DNA from: Octopus vulgaris | Lineage: Eukaryota | DNA length: 64,000 bases | Reading direction: 5' to 3' | NCBI GenBank assembly: GCA_951406725.2 | Contig: OX597817.1 | Location: 28,024,001 to 28,088,000, forward strand | Shown: positions 27,708-42,949 of the stretch, piece by piece | Position numbering within the stretch: the first letter of the stretch is position 1 | Layout: every line of letters starts with the position of its first letter | Made by a program: the position numbers and the translations under genes | Notes under the pieces: model-generated | Seen by the model: the letters and a program-made list of their open reading frames with translations, nothing else | What the model was told of the DNA's origin: nothing | The model's database searches: none

Positions 27708-27937
27708 CAGAAAGAAAGAAAGAAATGGATAGTTCTACAAGTAGATGGACATACAGACGAGCAGTCAGATAAAGAGACTGATAGATGGAGAGAAGAGATA
27801 GCAGAGATACAGGTAGACTGATACAAATACAATATAGATAGACACACATATACATGAGTACAGTGTTAAACAAAGCAGACAGGCAGACAGACAGGCTGAC
27901 AGGCAGACAGATAGATAGAAAGAAAGATCGATAGATT

Positions 27938-28036
<99 letters not shown>

Positions 28037-28744
28037 GTCCAAAGTTACTCTTGTAAAACGTGATCGCAAGGCGACTCTAGAAATTAGGTCTAAATTAGTT
28101 GCCTGTTGCGTTTACGTGACTCGCAAACCAAACAGACTTTCGACAGTTTTCTTATAGCAATTCATTAGCTGGTCGGCGCCAACTAAATTATTCAATTCTC
28201 TCTAAACGTGTCCCTCACAACTACAATATAGAAAAGATCTCTGTTCCACGAGTTGTTATTAGTTCTAAAAGATACTTCACTATATATCTCCTTCTAGTGA
28301 GCATGCATGATGTTTAAACACAAGCATATTTGTTTCTTCTTATAAATGCGTTATTTGAATTCTGTAATTTTGTGTGTCAGTGTTAGTTAGATTTAATGGG
28401 TAGGTTTGTTACATAAAGAGTGTGAGTGATACGGTCTGTACTTGTTGGAACAAGAGAAAGAAAATGAGGAAGAGTAAGTATAGGTTAGAAAGAGAAATGT
28501 AGAGATGGTTAAACAAGGCGAGAACGATCGAGTGTGTGAAGTTTTCTTTTTAGTTGTTTACCTCTGTAACGATTTTTCACGGTGCAGAAATAACACCGTT
28601 GTCTGTTATTTTAAACATTGACGCTTATTTTACAGTAAACTTTTATTTAACTGTGTTCATGTAGTATACACTTTTGAAGTGCAATCGTCGCTCTGTTGAT
28701 TTATACTAATGGTTTTGCTTTCATTGTTTGTATTTTCAGCCACA

Positions 28745-29143
28745 GGAGTGACTGTGTTGTAAGTAGCTTGTTTACCAACCACAGGGTTCCGGGTTCAGTC
28801 CCACTGCGTGGCACCTTGGTCAAGTGTCTTCTCGGGCCGACCAAAGCCTTTCGAGTGGATTTGGTAGACGGAAACTGAAAGAAGCCTGTCGTATATATGT
28901 ATATATATATATATAAGCATGTGTGTTTGTGTGTCTGTGTTTGTGTGTCTAGCATTGCTTGACAACCGATGCTGGTGTGTTTATGTCCCTGTCACTTAGC
29001 GGTTCGGCAAAAGAGACCGATAGAATAAGTACTGGGCTTACAAATGAATAAGTCCCGGGGTCGAGTTGCTCGATTAAAGGCGGTGCTCCAGCATGGCCAC
29101 AGTCAAATGACTGAAACAAGTAAAAGAGTAAAGAGTAAAGAGT
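28745..29143 (+). mobile_element. SINE family A
   Basis: Collinear with the other copies; small internal deletions. Confidence 0.92.
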
Positions 29144-29449
29144 ATATTAAAGATGGAAACAGCAAATTCGAATGGCAATATTCTGAGTTCAAACCAGAAT
29201 GAAAATCAGCGAAAGCTGTTTAAAATGTTAAGCAATTATTTGACCAGGTGACCTTCAAAGAGCATACATTGATTTCACAAATTTCTCTCTTGTCGAGAGA
29301 GAAGCACAAAGACGACCTTCCGCAATGGCTGATAGAGTATCAATATTGCCGCTAATTCGAAAACTAATTCGGGAGGCTTCAGAGTAACATTTATACATCA
29401 TTTCAAAGTCGAGACAGAAAAGGGGCTCGAGAAATGGGCGTCGCAAAAT

Positions 29450-29682
29450 CTTTTATTCTTTCTCATTTATTTGTTTCAGTTAATGCACTGAGGCCATGGA
29501 GGGGTACCGCACTGAAGGGTTTAGTCGAAGAAATTCACCCCAGTGCTTTCTAAAGCATGTAACCAATTTTATCTGTTTTTCTTTTACCTAACCACTAAGC
29601 TTCGGGGGCGTAAGCTAACCAACGGCAGTTGTGGGGTTGTGCTGGATGATTAACACAAGCACAAAGACGCACACAAATACAC

Positions 29683-29768
<86 letters not shown>

Positions 29769-30190
29769 TAAATGTAAAATGGACAACAAAATCAAAGTAG
29801 GACGAGTATCTCAGGTGGTTTACAAGATTCAATTAGAATAAGGTGAATCAAACAATGGAGAAGCAGAAGTAATTAATATCTTACAGCTGTTTCTGGGACA
29901 TCCCAGGAGATGGGTCAACATCTCCATACGCTGGGTATTCTGCCATCAGATTCAAGGTCTGTATGTAGGAAAGTTCCAGACAAAGAATACAGAATGTATA
30001 AAAGACTAAAACAGTAGATAGAAGAATAAAAACGGGATAAAGTTCACAGCTCATCTTGTTCCAGAGGGGTATATATGAATAGATATATATATATATACAT
30101 ATCAAATCCCCTCACAAGGCTTTGGTTGATCTGTGGCTATGATAAAAGACACTTGCTCAAGATGACACGCAATAAGACTGAGCTCAAGGA
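29450..30190 (-). mobile_element. Decayed SINE family A with a PLE pseudo-LTR-like insert (29770-30065) in its microsatellite
   Basis: SINE halves at ~29450-29680 and ~30104-30190; the insert carries GAAACAGCTGTAAGA on the minus strand. Confidence 0.65.
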
Positions 30191-31144
30191 TAATATCTTG
30201 ATTCTTCAATTGAAGAACCATAACATTATCTTAAACTAAATTTGCATAAAAACATAGCTGCGGTCACACTTTGGTGATCGGCAAGTACAATCATCAACTC
30301 ACATTTCTTGAATCTTTGTGAAACATAACAGTACAGAAGTATTGCCAAGAAATAGACAAAATGCTCTGAGAATTATAATGTTAACACCCATCGTTTCTAA
30401 ATCGAAATTGACTAATTTTTCCCCATGGAATCCCCTAGCAATCTATTGTACAATGAATCTGCCAACATTTAATTAACTCAGCCATTTTCTTCTACAAACC
30501 TCTTTCCGATCATCTCCTCCTTTTTGAAGCATGTTGGTAACGTTTCAGCAAAGATAATCTTCAACAAACAAGTAATATCGAGACTCTTCTTCGAATAATT
30601 CTTCTGCTTGCAGCCTCCAGAATTCTATACCACAGGAATAGATCTGCATTTTCTTGGCAAAAGCGTGTGCATGTATATGGCTGTTATTTCGATAATTAGA
30701 ATCTATTCTGAGCCGAAATACATTGCTTTAGATTTGTTGGCTAAAAGCTGCAATTACCTTTGCACCAAACTTTTATGTATATGTCTGCTTGTATATATAC
30801 ATTATACATATATACATTTATGCGTGTCTGTATATATGTATGTACGAATGTTTGTATGTATGCACGTATGTATGCATGTATGTATGTATGTATGTATGTA
30901 TGTATGTATGTATTATGTATGTAAGTGTGTATGTATGTAAGTGTGTATGTATGTAAGTGTGTATGTATGTATGTATGTATGTATGTATATATGTATGCAA
31001 TCAAGCATTGCACTTACGGAGACATCTGTCTGCAGATATAAATGATGCAGAGATACACATGCTTTACTGACAGAAAATAAAGAAGTCACGATGAATTTGC
31101 GTTGTACATCCGTGAAGATGTCACACCACTAACCCTGTCTCTAT

Positions 31145-31408
31145 ATACTCTTTTTCCGAACCGCTAAGTTACGGGGGGTGGGGTGTAAACACACTAACAC
31201 CGACACAGACAGCAAGACATAGAAGCACACACACGCACATATATAATCGACGGTCTTCTTTCAGTTTCCGCCAATCAGATCCACTCACAAGGCTTTGGTC
31301 GATCTGACACTTTATTGGAAGACACTTGCCAAGGTGTCACAAAGTGGGATTGAACCCGAAGTTATGTGGTTGGGAAGCTAGCTTCTTGCGACACAGGCAC
31401 GCCTGTGC
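31145..31408 (-). mobile_element. SINE family A, 3'-truncated and diverged
   Basis: ccgaaccgctaagttacgg..tcagtttccg..ccactcacaaggctttggtcg..gaacccg. Confidence 0.8.
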
Positions 31409-32803
31409 CATTCTATTACGGCTAAATACCGCAGCCGATACGCGAACTAACGACACACATATCCTGTGTATATGTCTTCGTTTTTGTTTATGTACTTCTA
31501 GTTGCATCTAATTCATATTTGACTTCCTTTTTCCGTGGTATAAAATGATAGAACATGTCAGCAGATGGTTCTAATTATTTAGCATATATTCATAGTCGGC
31601 TTGTAACAGGCCTTGTTCGATATGCGACATTGATAAGACAAAACAATATGAAACATCAATGTCTGTCGCTCCTAGAAAGGACTTTGTATGGCATTATAGT
31701 TCGTCAAAGAACTATGCTTTCGACAAGGTAGAATCTTTATTCAACAACAGGGGCTTTCTAGCATACACTAAATCAATATCCTTCCATTCTAGTATGTTGT
31801 TGCTCGTAACAATATCTTACGCGCTGCATAGAAGGGTTTGAGATACAGAAGTTTAGCAGTCAACAAAGATGAGCTGAATATATCTATAGAGGTGCTTGCT
31901 ATCAATACTCTTCAACTAGCTAAGCTAATGTCACCAACAATATAATTGACTTAGAATTGGGTTGTTTACTCTAAGGATAAATTTCTTGTTGGATAGTTTG
32001 CAAGGATGTTTTAAATAGCTTTAATTGTAACTAGTAGGAAAACCACGCTCAGGAAGATTTTCTGCTAGTTGCTATATGGTATTTACGCATTTGATTCCCA
32101 GTTTGTGTAATTTTTCTGATATGTTAAGTATGAATTTCCTATGAATCATATATTGAGTCTAATCGTACTAAGTCAATATATTTAGGGCATAACTACACAA
32201 GTATGCCACGCTGGATTTTTCGATGATAACTTTTTGAAAAATGTATATTTATTTATGATTATTTCTATTAATACGTTTCAGATGGTGTAGAAAGCGATAA
32301 TATCGGAATTTATGGAGCAGCTTTGTGAGAGAAGTTTTGGCTAGTTCACACGGTTCAATTTTGTTTCGTCATAAGTTTTAGAAAAATAGTTATTTTCATT
32401 GAAATTATCTGCAAATATCATTCAAGTGGATATATAGGAATTTAAAGTGGAAATACATAGGGGAAACGGATATTTCATGCATCTCAACTCTGTTTCCTAT
32501 TCGTTTTGATGTTTTAATCATAATTATATTTTAAGGAAAAATTTCTCTGATTCATGTGTTCTCTGATATTTCTAGCATACTAAACAGCCACGTAGAGGAC
32601 GGACAACCTTTCAGTTTGTTTAATGGGAGAGATTAAGATTGCGATAAAGTAATGAAAGAAATATGCATTTAATAATTAGTGCTAGCATGAGTGTGAGAGG
32701 ATTGGGTGCCTGTGTATGTGTGTAGGTGTCTATTCAAGTTTGACTAGGATTGGTAGAACCGTTACAACAACTGTTGAAATGCATTACGGTATTGGATTGG
32801 ACT

Positions 32804-33039
32804 AAGCAGGCGGCTAGCTTGCAGAAACGTTAGCGCGCCGGACGAAATGCTGAGCGGTATTTCGTCTGCCGCTACGTTCTGAGTTCAAATTCCGCCGAGG
32901 TCGACTTTGCCTTTCATCCTTTCGGGGTCGATAAATTAAGTACCACCTACGCACTGGGGTCGATATAATCGACTTAATACCTATGTCTGTCCTTGTTTGT
33001 CCCCTCTATGTTTAGACCCTTGTGGGTAATAAAGAAATA
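32804..33039 (+). mobile_element. SINE family B with 16-bp TSD, nested in an older B-like copy
   Basis: TSD GGTATTGGATTGGACT at 32788-32803 and 33040-33055; flanks resemble a decayed B head and body. Confidence 0.9.
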
Positions 33040-33685
33040 GGTATTGGATTGGACTCTTTACAAACTGGTTCAAATCTGACTTCAGTCGAATTTGCTTTTC
33101 ATCCATTCAGTTCATCCTGGGTCGAAACATCTAAAGTAATATAAAGTACTGCAATCGGTATACTTGGATACAACTCTGCTACTCACAAAAATGTGGCCTT
33201 CAGAAGTACATTTAATGTACTCTTTTTCCTCGAAGAGACGTTTGTTAGATGGTATTCCTCATTGCCGTACACCTATCCGCCGAGACTTCTAAGCCAATCT
33301 AACAATAGTCGATAAAATCAATACTCATGTCTGTGTGTGTATGTGTGTGTGTGTATGCTTGTGTATCTAAGTGTCTGCGTGTATAAGTGTGTGTGTATGT
33401 ATGTGTATATACGTGTGCATACATGTGATTTTATATATATAGGTGTATTTCTACATATATATGTGTGTGTATGCATCTTTATACATACATATACGCACAC
33501 ACAAACAACACATACAAACACATACACACATAAAAATACAGGCATGTTTGTATATATATTTATATAGACACACACATATATATATACATACATATATATA
33601 AGTATATAGACATACACACACACACACACATATATATATACATACATATATATATGTATATAGACACACACATACACACACACAA

Positions 33686-33730
<45 letters not shown>

Positions 33731-34405
33731 TATTCATGCTTCTGTGTGAGTGAGTTTGCATCTATTTCAATTTCATTATAACACCCGGTATTTCCTGTTT
33801 GACATTTCCAACTATGGAGAGGAAAGCTCTAAAATTATTTACACAATTCAGGATATTATTTCCCTGTCAATAGTTGCGATATAAATCTTGTCCATAATTT
33901 CCTGAACGCCCCCCCCCCACTTCGTTCTTCCCCACCAAAATTCTTTCCATAAGGTTTCACACAAATACCACATTAATAGGTATGATGCAGTACTTGAAAA
34001 ATTCTTCGTCAGTTATTTAATGATCGCCTTCAATAGCTTTCTTTTTGCTTTCTTTTGATATTTTTGTTATTTATATATTTATGTACATTTTCATTGATGA
34101 TTTTTTATTATTTATTTATTTATTTTGTCCTCTCGATATCCAGAAGTCTGTGTGGCATCTTTCACCATCAAGTGCTGAACTGTGGCCACTTCGAAATCAA
34201 TTCATCGGATGATTGACAGCGGAGTACGATGAACCTATTCGCATAAACATATATTTTGAAAGTTTGTGTCTTATTGGTATTTTTTGGTTTATTTCAATTT
34301 TCTTTTATAGCATTATTACGTTCTTTTTAACTATCCTTCTGAAATGTCAGAAATTTAATAGCAGTGCGATACCCAAGAGGTATTATTTCTTATTCCTGAT
34401 TGTTT

Positions 34406-34522
<117 letters not shown>

Positions 34523-34625
34523 GCTGTTGTTGTTGTTATTATTACTATTATTATTATTGTTGTTGTTGCTGTTGTTGTTATTATTATTATTGTTGTTGTT
34601 GTTGTTGTTGTTGATATTATTATTA

Positions 34626-34819
34626 TTCAGTAGTTTTATTTTTATAGCGTGCTTTCACTTCACTACCGAGCGCAGCTCTGTGTGCCTTGGGTATGTGCTG
34701 TGATTTGTTGTGATGCTCTGATGGTTATTGTATGGAAAGTGTTCTGCGTAGGATGTGTGCAGTGCCTAGTAGTGCAATTTTCTGTATGTTATATGTGTTT
34801 GTAAGTCCTGGTGTTTTTG
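34626..34819 (-). mobile_element. 3' end of an R4/Dong-like non-LTR retrotransposon in a (TAA)n array
   Basis: C-terminal peptide NIQKIALLGTAHILRRTL* typical of restriction-like-endonuclease LINEs; (TAA)n on both sides. Confidence 0.8.
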
Positions 34820-34821
34820 TT

Positions 34822-34910
<89 letters not shown>

Positions 34911-34911
34911 A

Positions 34912-35140
34912 GGCGGCGAGCTGGCAGAAACGTTAGCATACCGGACGAAATGCGTAGCCGTATTTCGTCTGCCGCTACGTTCTGAGTTCAAATTCCGCCG
35001 AGGTTGACTTTGCCTTTCATCCTTTCGGGGAGGATAAATTAAGTACCAGTTACGCAGTGGTGTCAATGTAATCGACTTAATCCGTTAGTCTGTCCTTGTG
35101 TTTCCCCTCTATGTTTAGCCCCTTGTGGGTAGTAAAGAAA
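34912..35140 (+). mobile_element. SINE family B within (TTA)n
   Basis: Full family B match. Confidence 0.9.
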
Positions 35141-35143
35141 TTA

Positions 35144-35283
<140 letters not shown>

Positions 35284-35472
35284 CATTATTATTATTATTT
35301 TCTTCTTTTCCTTCTTCACCACAGCCATTTTATTGTGGAGGCCGTTGAAAAAGCAAAGCTTCTAAATGTAGCGATTCTTAAGATTTACTTCTGCTCTCGT
35401 TTCTTGGCTCAATTACCCGTTGGGTCGGTTTTTAACTTTTAATACTTCCGTAGCCAATTAAATAAGTATTGA

Positions 35473-35802
35473 TGATATACCAAACCGGAAGTACATCAAA
35501 TAACCACAGGTACATGCAATGTACCTACATTGTGTTATTAATAGGTAGTGTTGTTAATTTCATTAAGGCTCATAGAGGAATCGATGTGCATGTAGCATTT
35601 GCATGTATTTATATTGCATGTGGATGTATTTATATTGCATGTATTTATATTGTGTGCATGTATTTATATTGTGTTATACCAAAGCGGAAGTACATCAAAT
35701 AACCACAGGTTCATGCAATGTATCTATATTGTGTTATTAATAGGTAGTGTTGTTAATTTCATTAAGGCTCATAGAGGAATCGATGTGCATGTAGCATTTG
35801 CA
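35473..35802 (+). repeat. Local direct duplication (~130-bp block, period ~200) with short internal repeats
   Basis: ATACCAAA.CGGAAGTACATCAAATAACCACAGG..GTAGCATTTGCA occurs twice. Confidence 0.9.
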
Positions 35803-36688
35803 GGACGTTCTTCGAGAATATAAATAACCAAAAATTACCTATAGTCTTCAAATAGACATGACTACTAGCAGTTCCATGGGAGAAAGTGTATCATATATTC
35901 GGAGTATATTTGTAATTATTAGGAATAAATAATGGAAGATATCATTTATTCCGAATAGTGTAGTTGTTTATGTCATACTTCTGTGGATAATAATCATGCT
36001 TGGCTCTAATTTTCGAATGCGTTTGGAATTACTCTACTTGATTACGTGAGTCGGTCGTCAACTAAATCCATGAGAAAGAGAAACCTAATGTTTTGTTCTC
36101 TGATAATAATGGTTTATTTTGATTAAGCTGAATGATAATGTATTTTATAAGTGATAAATAGATGTGACGTTTATGTGTCGTTTATGAGGCAGTTTGTGAA
36201 ATTGAAATGAAGATCATTACCTGAACATCGTTACCTAGGTGAGAGTTTATCACTTGCTCTAAAGCAATCACTACACAGAGTTGTCGATATTGTTATTTAT
36301 GAAAGAGATGGCACGACACAAACGGCAATGCATACGGTTAAAAATACCTCAAACCAAATTTTTTTCAGTTCTACTTTCTCAAGCAACACCAACACGGGAT
36401 CATCTTTAGTTTTCATCCTTCAGGGATAAATAAAATGAGGAGCAGGCGTTTACAAAAGGCATTTCAATTAAGTAGACTCTTCTTCGACTTAGATGTATCA
36501 ATGTAAGAATTCTATGTTCACCCATAAATCTTCTGCATTGTTCTTTGTAAGGTATATTATGATTCTAATTTCCTTTTTGGTGTAATTTTTACACTTTAGA
36601 ATTAATTTATGAATATGATACGAACAACCGGCAAGTATTTTATCAAATGAAATAGTAAGAGACTCTGTATACTAGTTTTATCATAGTA

Positions 36689-37079
36689 CTAGCAGTATAG
36701 CCCGGCGTTGCTCGGGTTTGTTTCGACCCTTGAGAATTGGAATTTTTGGAAAGTAAAAATGTTGCAAATGTAGCTTGTTATTCTCTTTAAGTGAACATTT
36801 TTCTGGTTGAAATACACAGAAAATGGCGACACAGAAGTAGAAAAATCGTAAAAAATAGGGATTTTCATAGAAAAAAACCCACCTTTTTAATGTAAATAAT
36901 TTTTGGTGTTAACATGGTCCGATTTGAAATGTTTCTTCTACGGAAGGAAGAGCAAGCCTTCTTCTATCATACCCTCAATTTTGGTCAACTTGCACTGCAG
37001 GGTCTCAGAGGAGATAGTGTTAGTTGACGGCTACCAAACTTGCCATACACAAACAACTTCAGCTTTATATATAGAGAGA
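36689..37079 (-). mobile_element. Non-autonomous Helitron
   Basis: A|CTAGCAGTATAGCCCGGCGTTGCTCGGG left end and TATATAGAGAGA|T right end. Confidence 0.82.
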
Positions 37080-37290
37080 TTATAGTTATTTATTTATGTT
37101 AAAAAATTTAACCAACAAATTTACATTCCAGTTTCTATATACATCCAGTTGTAATCTTCCATTTTCACTTTTAATTTCACTAAATATAACCATATATTAT
37201 GATATTTCTATGCTTCAATACACACACACACACACACATACATACATTTGCACGTATGAATCTATAAATATGTGTTAGGAAGAGAGAGAA

Positions 37291-37709
37291 TATTTATTTC
37301 TTTATTGCCCACAGGGGCTAAACATAGCGGGCACAAACAAAGGACAGACAAAGGGATTAAGACGATTAGATCGACCCCAGCGCGTAAATGGTAGTTATTT
37401 AATCGAACCCGGAAGGATGAAAGGCAAAGTTGACCTCGGCGGAATTTGAACTCAGCACGTAACGGCAGACAAAATATCTGTTTCTTTATTACCCACAAGG
37501 GGCTAAACATACAGGGGACAAACAAGGACAGACAAACGGGTTAAGTCGATTATATCGACCCCAGTGCGTAACTGGTACTTAATTTATCGACCCCGAAAGG
37601 ATGAAAGGCAAAGTCGACAGCGGTGGAATTTGAACTCACAACGTAACGGAAGACGAAATACGGCAACGTATTTCGCCCGGCGTGCTAACGGTTCTGCCAG
37701 CTCGCCGCC
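37291..37709 (-). mobile_element. Tandem/nested dimer of SINE family B
   Basis: Two consecutive family B bodies with one head. Confidence 0.88.
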
Positions 37710-37869
37710 CTAAAGAGACGGAATATTAATACTCGTATGTATGTGAAATTTGACACGTGAACGCTAAACTACGCGAGACATCAGTGATGCTGCTCACTTT
37801 ATTAAGTATATCTCACTCAAATCACAGTTTGTTATTTCTCAAAAAGGATAATGAACATCACTACATTAT

Positions 37870-37996
<127 letters not shown>

Positions 37997-38229
37997 CATA
38001 GCTATATTTCAAGTATGATATATATATATATATCAGAAAATAAAATGGACTTGGATTATATTTCAATATTTGTTTGTTCCGTTGTGCTTGGCTTCGAACC
38101 AAACGACAATAGCACACGAGATAAGCCAAAAAGTGAACCTCTATGTGGCCGCTTCACATGGGAAAAACAGCTAAATCTCACTCAAGTCAAATCATAGTGT
38201 TTTAAATAAGGAAAATACACGTTAGATGT

Positions 38230-38301
<72 letters not shown>

Positions 38302-38647
38302 TTCGACAAACACCTTAAAGAACATTTTTGTAATGGCGGGAACGCCCTCTTTATAAAACAACCGAACAGGGAATTGTTCGAAAACTAGCCAATACATTAG
38401 TGTACTAGTTAATGAGATATATACTAATTAATGAGATATATCAGACGTGACATTTTGAGTAAACATTACATGTCACGGTTAACTAACGTTTTCCTCAGTC
38501 TGCTGGTAGATAAAATGTATTACCCGTCATTGAGATTAGTTGACGAAGCATCAAAGTTGTCAGAATCGTCCTTTCTCAAGACTTTATTGTGGGGTTAGAC
38601 TTGTTTTCGTAGTACATAGTGTATGCGTTTTTTTTTTTTTTGTATAT

Positions 38648-39051
38648 ACTCTTTTACTCTTTTACTTGTTTCAGTCATTTGACTGCGGCCATGCTGGAGC
38701 ACCGCCTTTAGTCGAGCAAATCGACCCCGGGACTTATTCTTTTTTGTAAGCCCAGTACATATTCTATCGGTCTCTTTTTGCCGAACCGCTAAGCAACGGG
38801 GACGCAAACACACCAGCATCGGTTGTCAAGCAATGCTAGGGGAACAAACACAGACACACAAACATACACACATACATATATATATATACATATATACGAC
38901 AGGCTTCTTTCAGTTTCCGTCTACCAAATTCACTCACAAGGCATTGGTCGGCCCGAGGCTATAGCAGAAGACACTTGCCCAAGATGCCACGCAGTGGGAT
39001 TGAACCCGGAACCATGTTGTTGGTTAGCAAGCTACTTACCACACAGCCACT
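38648..39051 (-). mobile_element. SINE family A
   Basis: Collinear with 12561-12963. Confidence 0.92.
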
Positions 39052-39148
39052 ATAATACTTGTGACTGTGCTTCCTTGTGAGTTCTGGAGAAGGTTAAACC
39101 TCTGCAGAGAGTCTATAGTTTATGGGGATTTGGGGAATATAACAGATA

Positions 39149-39367
39149 CGAGGGATATGCTGAAAAGGTCCTGGCTCTGGGTAAAAAAAAAATACAAGAA
39201 GATCAGTTTATCATGATTTTATTCAACGTGTTCCCCTCTCAAATTCATGCATTTATTGTAACGGTCCTTCAGTTTTTCTAAGCCCCGTAAAAGGAACTCG
39301 GAAGGTTGGGACCCCAAACAGGCCTTTCCCGACACCCTTAAAGCCAGGGATTTTTAGCGTCCCCTCG
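39149..39367. mobile_element. Mariner-like MITE
   Basis: TA|CGAGGG..GCTGAAAAGGTCCTGGCT and AGCCAGGGATTTTTAGCGTCCCCTCG|TA inverted ends. Confidence 0.8.
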
Positions 39368-39736
39368 TATGTGATAGCGCACTGTCTATGTAATGCGAGG
39401 AATACGCCCTTCAGGTATATTCTGTAGGCCATTTTATTGATATAGTCAAAGTCACTTTCGTCTCAATGCCTCTCTCTCTCTCTTTATGTATACATATACA
39501 TCCACACTCACACGCATCTGGACATATGTACACACACACACTCACAATACATTCACAAACATTCACACACACACACACACACACACATACACAAGCGCAC
39601 GCACACACGCACACACATATACACACACTCACACACACATTCACATGTACATGTGTACACTTATGGATGTTGATCACTCACAGTCTTACTTATTGGCTAG
39701 AATACACATGACTGAGAAGTTCTAACAGATAACACA

Positions 39737-40488
39737 TGTCCATTGTTTGTAGTCACTAACTAGCTTAGCGAGCTAGCAGAAACGTTAGCACGCCGAGCGA
39801 AATGCTTAGCAGTATTTCGTCTACCGTTACGATCTGAGTTCAAATTCCGCCGAGGTCGACTTTGCCTTTCCTTCTTTTCGGGGTCGATTAAATAAGTGCC
39901 AGTTACGCACTGGAGTCGATATAATCGACTTAATCCCTTTGTCTGTCCTTGTTTGTCCCCTCTATATTTAGTCCCTTGTGGGCAATAAATAAATAACTAA
40001 CTAGTTTTAAAGACATGTTTCACTTCCGCCTGCATTGTCCTTGTTTCCCAAAAATTTCAATCAAGCGATCACAGTAAAAACTCCATTGGCTGTTTGATAC
40101 ATTTACATTTTCATCGCACCTCCACTGAGTTTTTGCCTTCCAACTCACGCTATTTTATATTTGACAGCCTAACGTACAGATAACATTTTTATTTTAGAAT
40201 GAATACAGTAACCAATGTGCATTGTTTGTAGTCCCTAACTAGCTTTAAAGACATATTTCACTTCCGTCTGCATCGTACTTCCGTCTGCATCGTACTTCCG
40301 TCTGCATCGTACTTGTTTCCCCAAAATTTCAATCAAATGATAGCAGTAAAAATTCCATTGGCTCTTTGTTACATTTACATTTTCATCGCACCTCCACTGA
40401 GTATTTGCCTTTCAACTCACGCTATTTTATATGTGTCATCCTAACGTACAGATAACATTTTTTGTTTTAGAATGAATACAGTAACCAA
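39737..40488 (+). repeat. Tandem duplication of a ~240-bp unit
   Basis: CATTGTTTGTAGTC.CTAACTAG..GAATGAATACAGTAACCAA occurs twice; copy 1 carries a SINE and copy 2 a 17-bp triplication. Confidence 0.88.
39768..39995 (+). mobile_element. SINE family B
   Basis: Family B body flanked by ACTAACTAG direct repeats. Confidence 0.88.
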
Positions 40489-40680
40489 GCTCAATAACTA
40501 TCGTATATTCGATAATTATATTTTCAATAGACACTCTAATTCGAACACTAAGCGTAAAACAATTTGAACGACGCAAACAAATTTATTAAAGTCCCCATTT
40601 TTTGATTCCCTCTTATGAAATAATATATTACACTCAACCCATATTATAAAGACTGCTATACAAAAGAAGATATATATATG

Positions 40681-40804
<124 letters not shown>

Positions 40805-41271
40805 GCATACATACACAAACATATGCATACATGTATATATATATATATATATACACTCACAAACACCCACATATATGTGTGGGTAGGTATCTATTTATGC
40901 ATACATGCATGTATGCATATATGTATGTATATCTATATTATGAGTTGTGTGTATGTGTGTGTGTGTGTATTTTGTGTGTGTGTGTGTGTGTGTGGAGGCA
41001 TGCTTTATTCTCCGGCGCTGGTTCACTCAGCTTTATACTCAGGATGTTGAGTTTTCATAAATAAATATTTCCTTTTCTATATCATTCAATTTAAGAGAAT
41101 AAAGATATTTCGTTCCGTTATTGTCACTGTTGTAATATATTTTCAATATGTTTTCACTAACATTATTGGATATCTTTTTCATCTCACTCTGTTCCTCTAC
41201 ATACACACACACATATAATGTACGTATGCCTATATTTGTATACATACACATATATTTGGATCTGTATATAC

Positions 41272-41328
<57 letters not shown>

Positions 41329-41975
41329 CACACTCGCACGCACACTCACACGTATGAGTATGAATACATATTCACCCAGACACATATAAGCGCGCGCACA
41401 CACGTAATTTCTCTACTTTCACTTTCCCCTTTCTGCCATCATTTTTTTCTTATCTCTTCTCTGTCTCTGTATATTACCCTAGCTCACTCACTCACTCTAA
41501 TTATCTCTCTCTCTCTCTTTCTCTCTCTCTCTGTCTCTCTTCTTCGCTGTCTTTTTCACTTTTCTTTATCTATATATTTCTATCTCATTCCCCACCTACG
41601 TCTCCCTTTCTGCTTCTCACAATTTCCCTTTATCTATCAATTTATCTCCCTCCTGCTTTATTTTTCTCTTTCATCATATTATACTCAAAATTTCATTCAT
41701 CGTTCAAGCAATTTATTTCTGAACTTAGAGTTTCTGTTCTTAATATCTATGAGAAGGCCATTCTGTGGACCATAACATTCTGCTAACAGTAAAAATATCA
41801 AACATACGTACATACATACAACCATACATACATACATACATACATACATACATACATACGTACTTACATACATACATACATACGTATATACATACATGCA
41901 TACACACAGACCTATATATATATATGTGCATATATATATATGTGCATATATATATGTGCATATATATATATATGC

Positions 41976-42016
<41 letters not shown>

Positions 42017-42217
42017 CATAAATATATATATACACTTAAACATATACATTCACACACATATAAATATATATATATATATATTTATGTATAGATATATAGA
42101 TATTTATGTAATATATATATATATATTACATGAATATTTATATATACATATATATGTTTACATGTACATATTCATATATATTATATAGATATTTTACATA
42201 ATATACATATACATACA

Positions 42218-42304
<87 letters not shown>

Positions 42305-42791
42305 GTTTAAATATATATATATATATATGTATATGAACACATAAGTGATAAGCAATATAAATAAAAACGTTTTAAAATACCTTCAATTGTATCAAATTTC
42401 AGTTTTGAAATAAAACATCAATTTTTTTTTGCAAGCTAAGTTGTATGTAGGACTGGCGCTTATAAGGATGACATTAATTCAACCGAAAGATTATTTAATT
42501 TGAAAGTTATGTATCTCTGAGGCATGAAGTATTCATTTATATTCTTACTATCATTCTTTCCACCTGCTTTCCTTTTCTTCTACTGGCACTCCTCCTTCTT
42601 GCACTCCTCCTTCTTGCTCTCCTCTACTAGAACTACAGGTACTTCATATTTTTCTTTTTTACTTCTCTTTTCTTTACACTCAGTTATATATATATATACA
42701 AATATACAGGAATGCGTACATATATACGCACACAAATACCCTAATTATATATATATATGAATATATATATATACACATATATATATATATA

Positions 42792-42829
<38 letters not shown>

Positions 42830-42915
42830 CACATATATATAATATATATATATATATATACAGACACATAAATACACACACATACATATCAATACATACA
42901 GATAAATAGATAGAT

Positions 42916-42949
<34 letters not shown>

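Noticed and set aside
34144-34240. Possible exon after a pyrimidine tract and CAG
   Set aside because: All three frames stop within ~25 codons, no clear donor site, and no recognisable product.
40260-40312. CRISPR-like short repeats (also 35600-35670)
   Set aside because: These are adjacent tandem repeats with no unique spacers and no cas genes, in a eukaryotic context.
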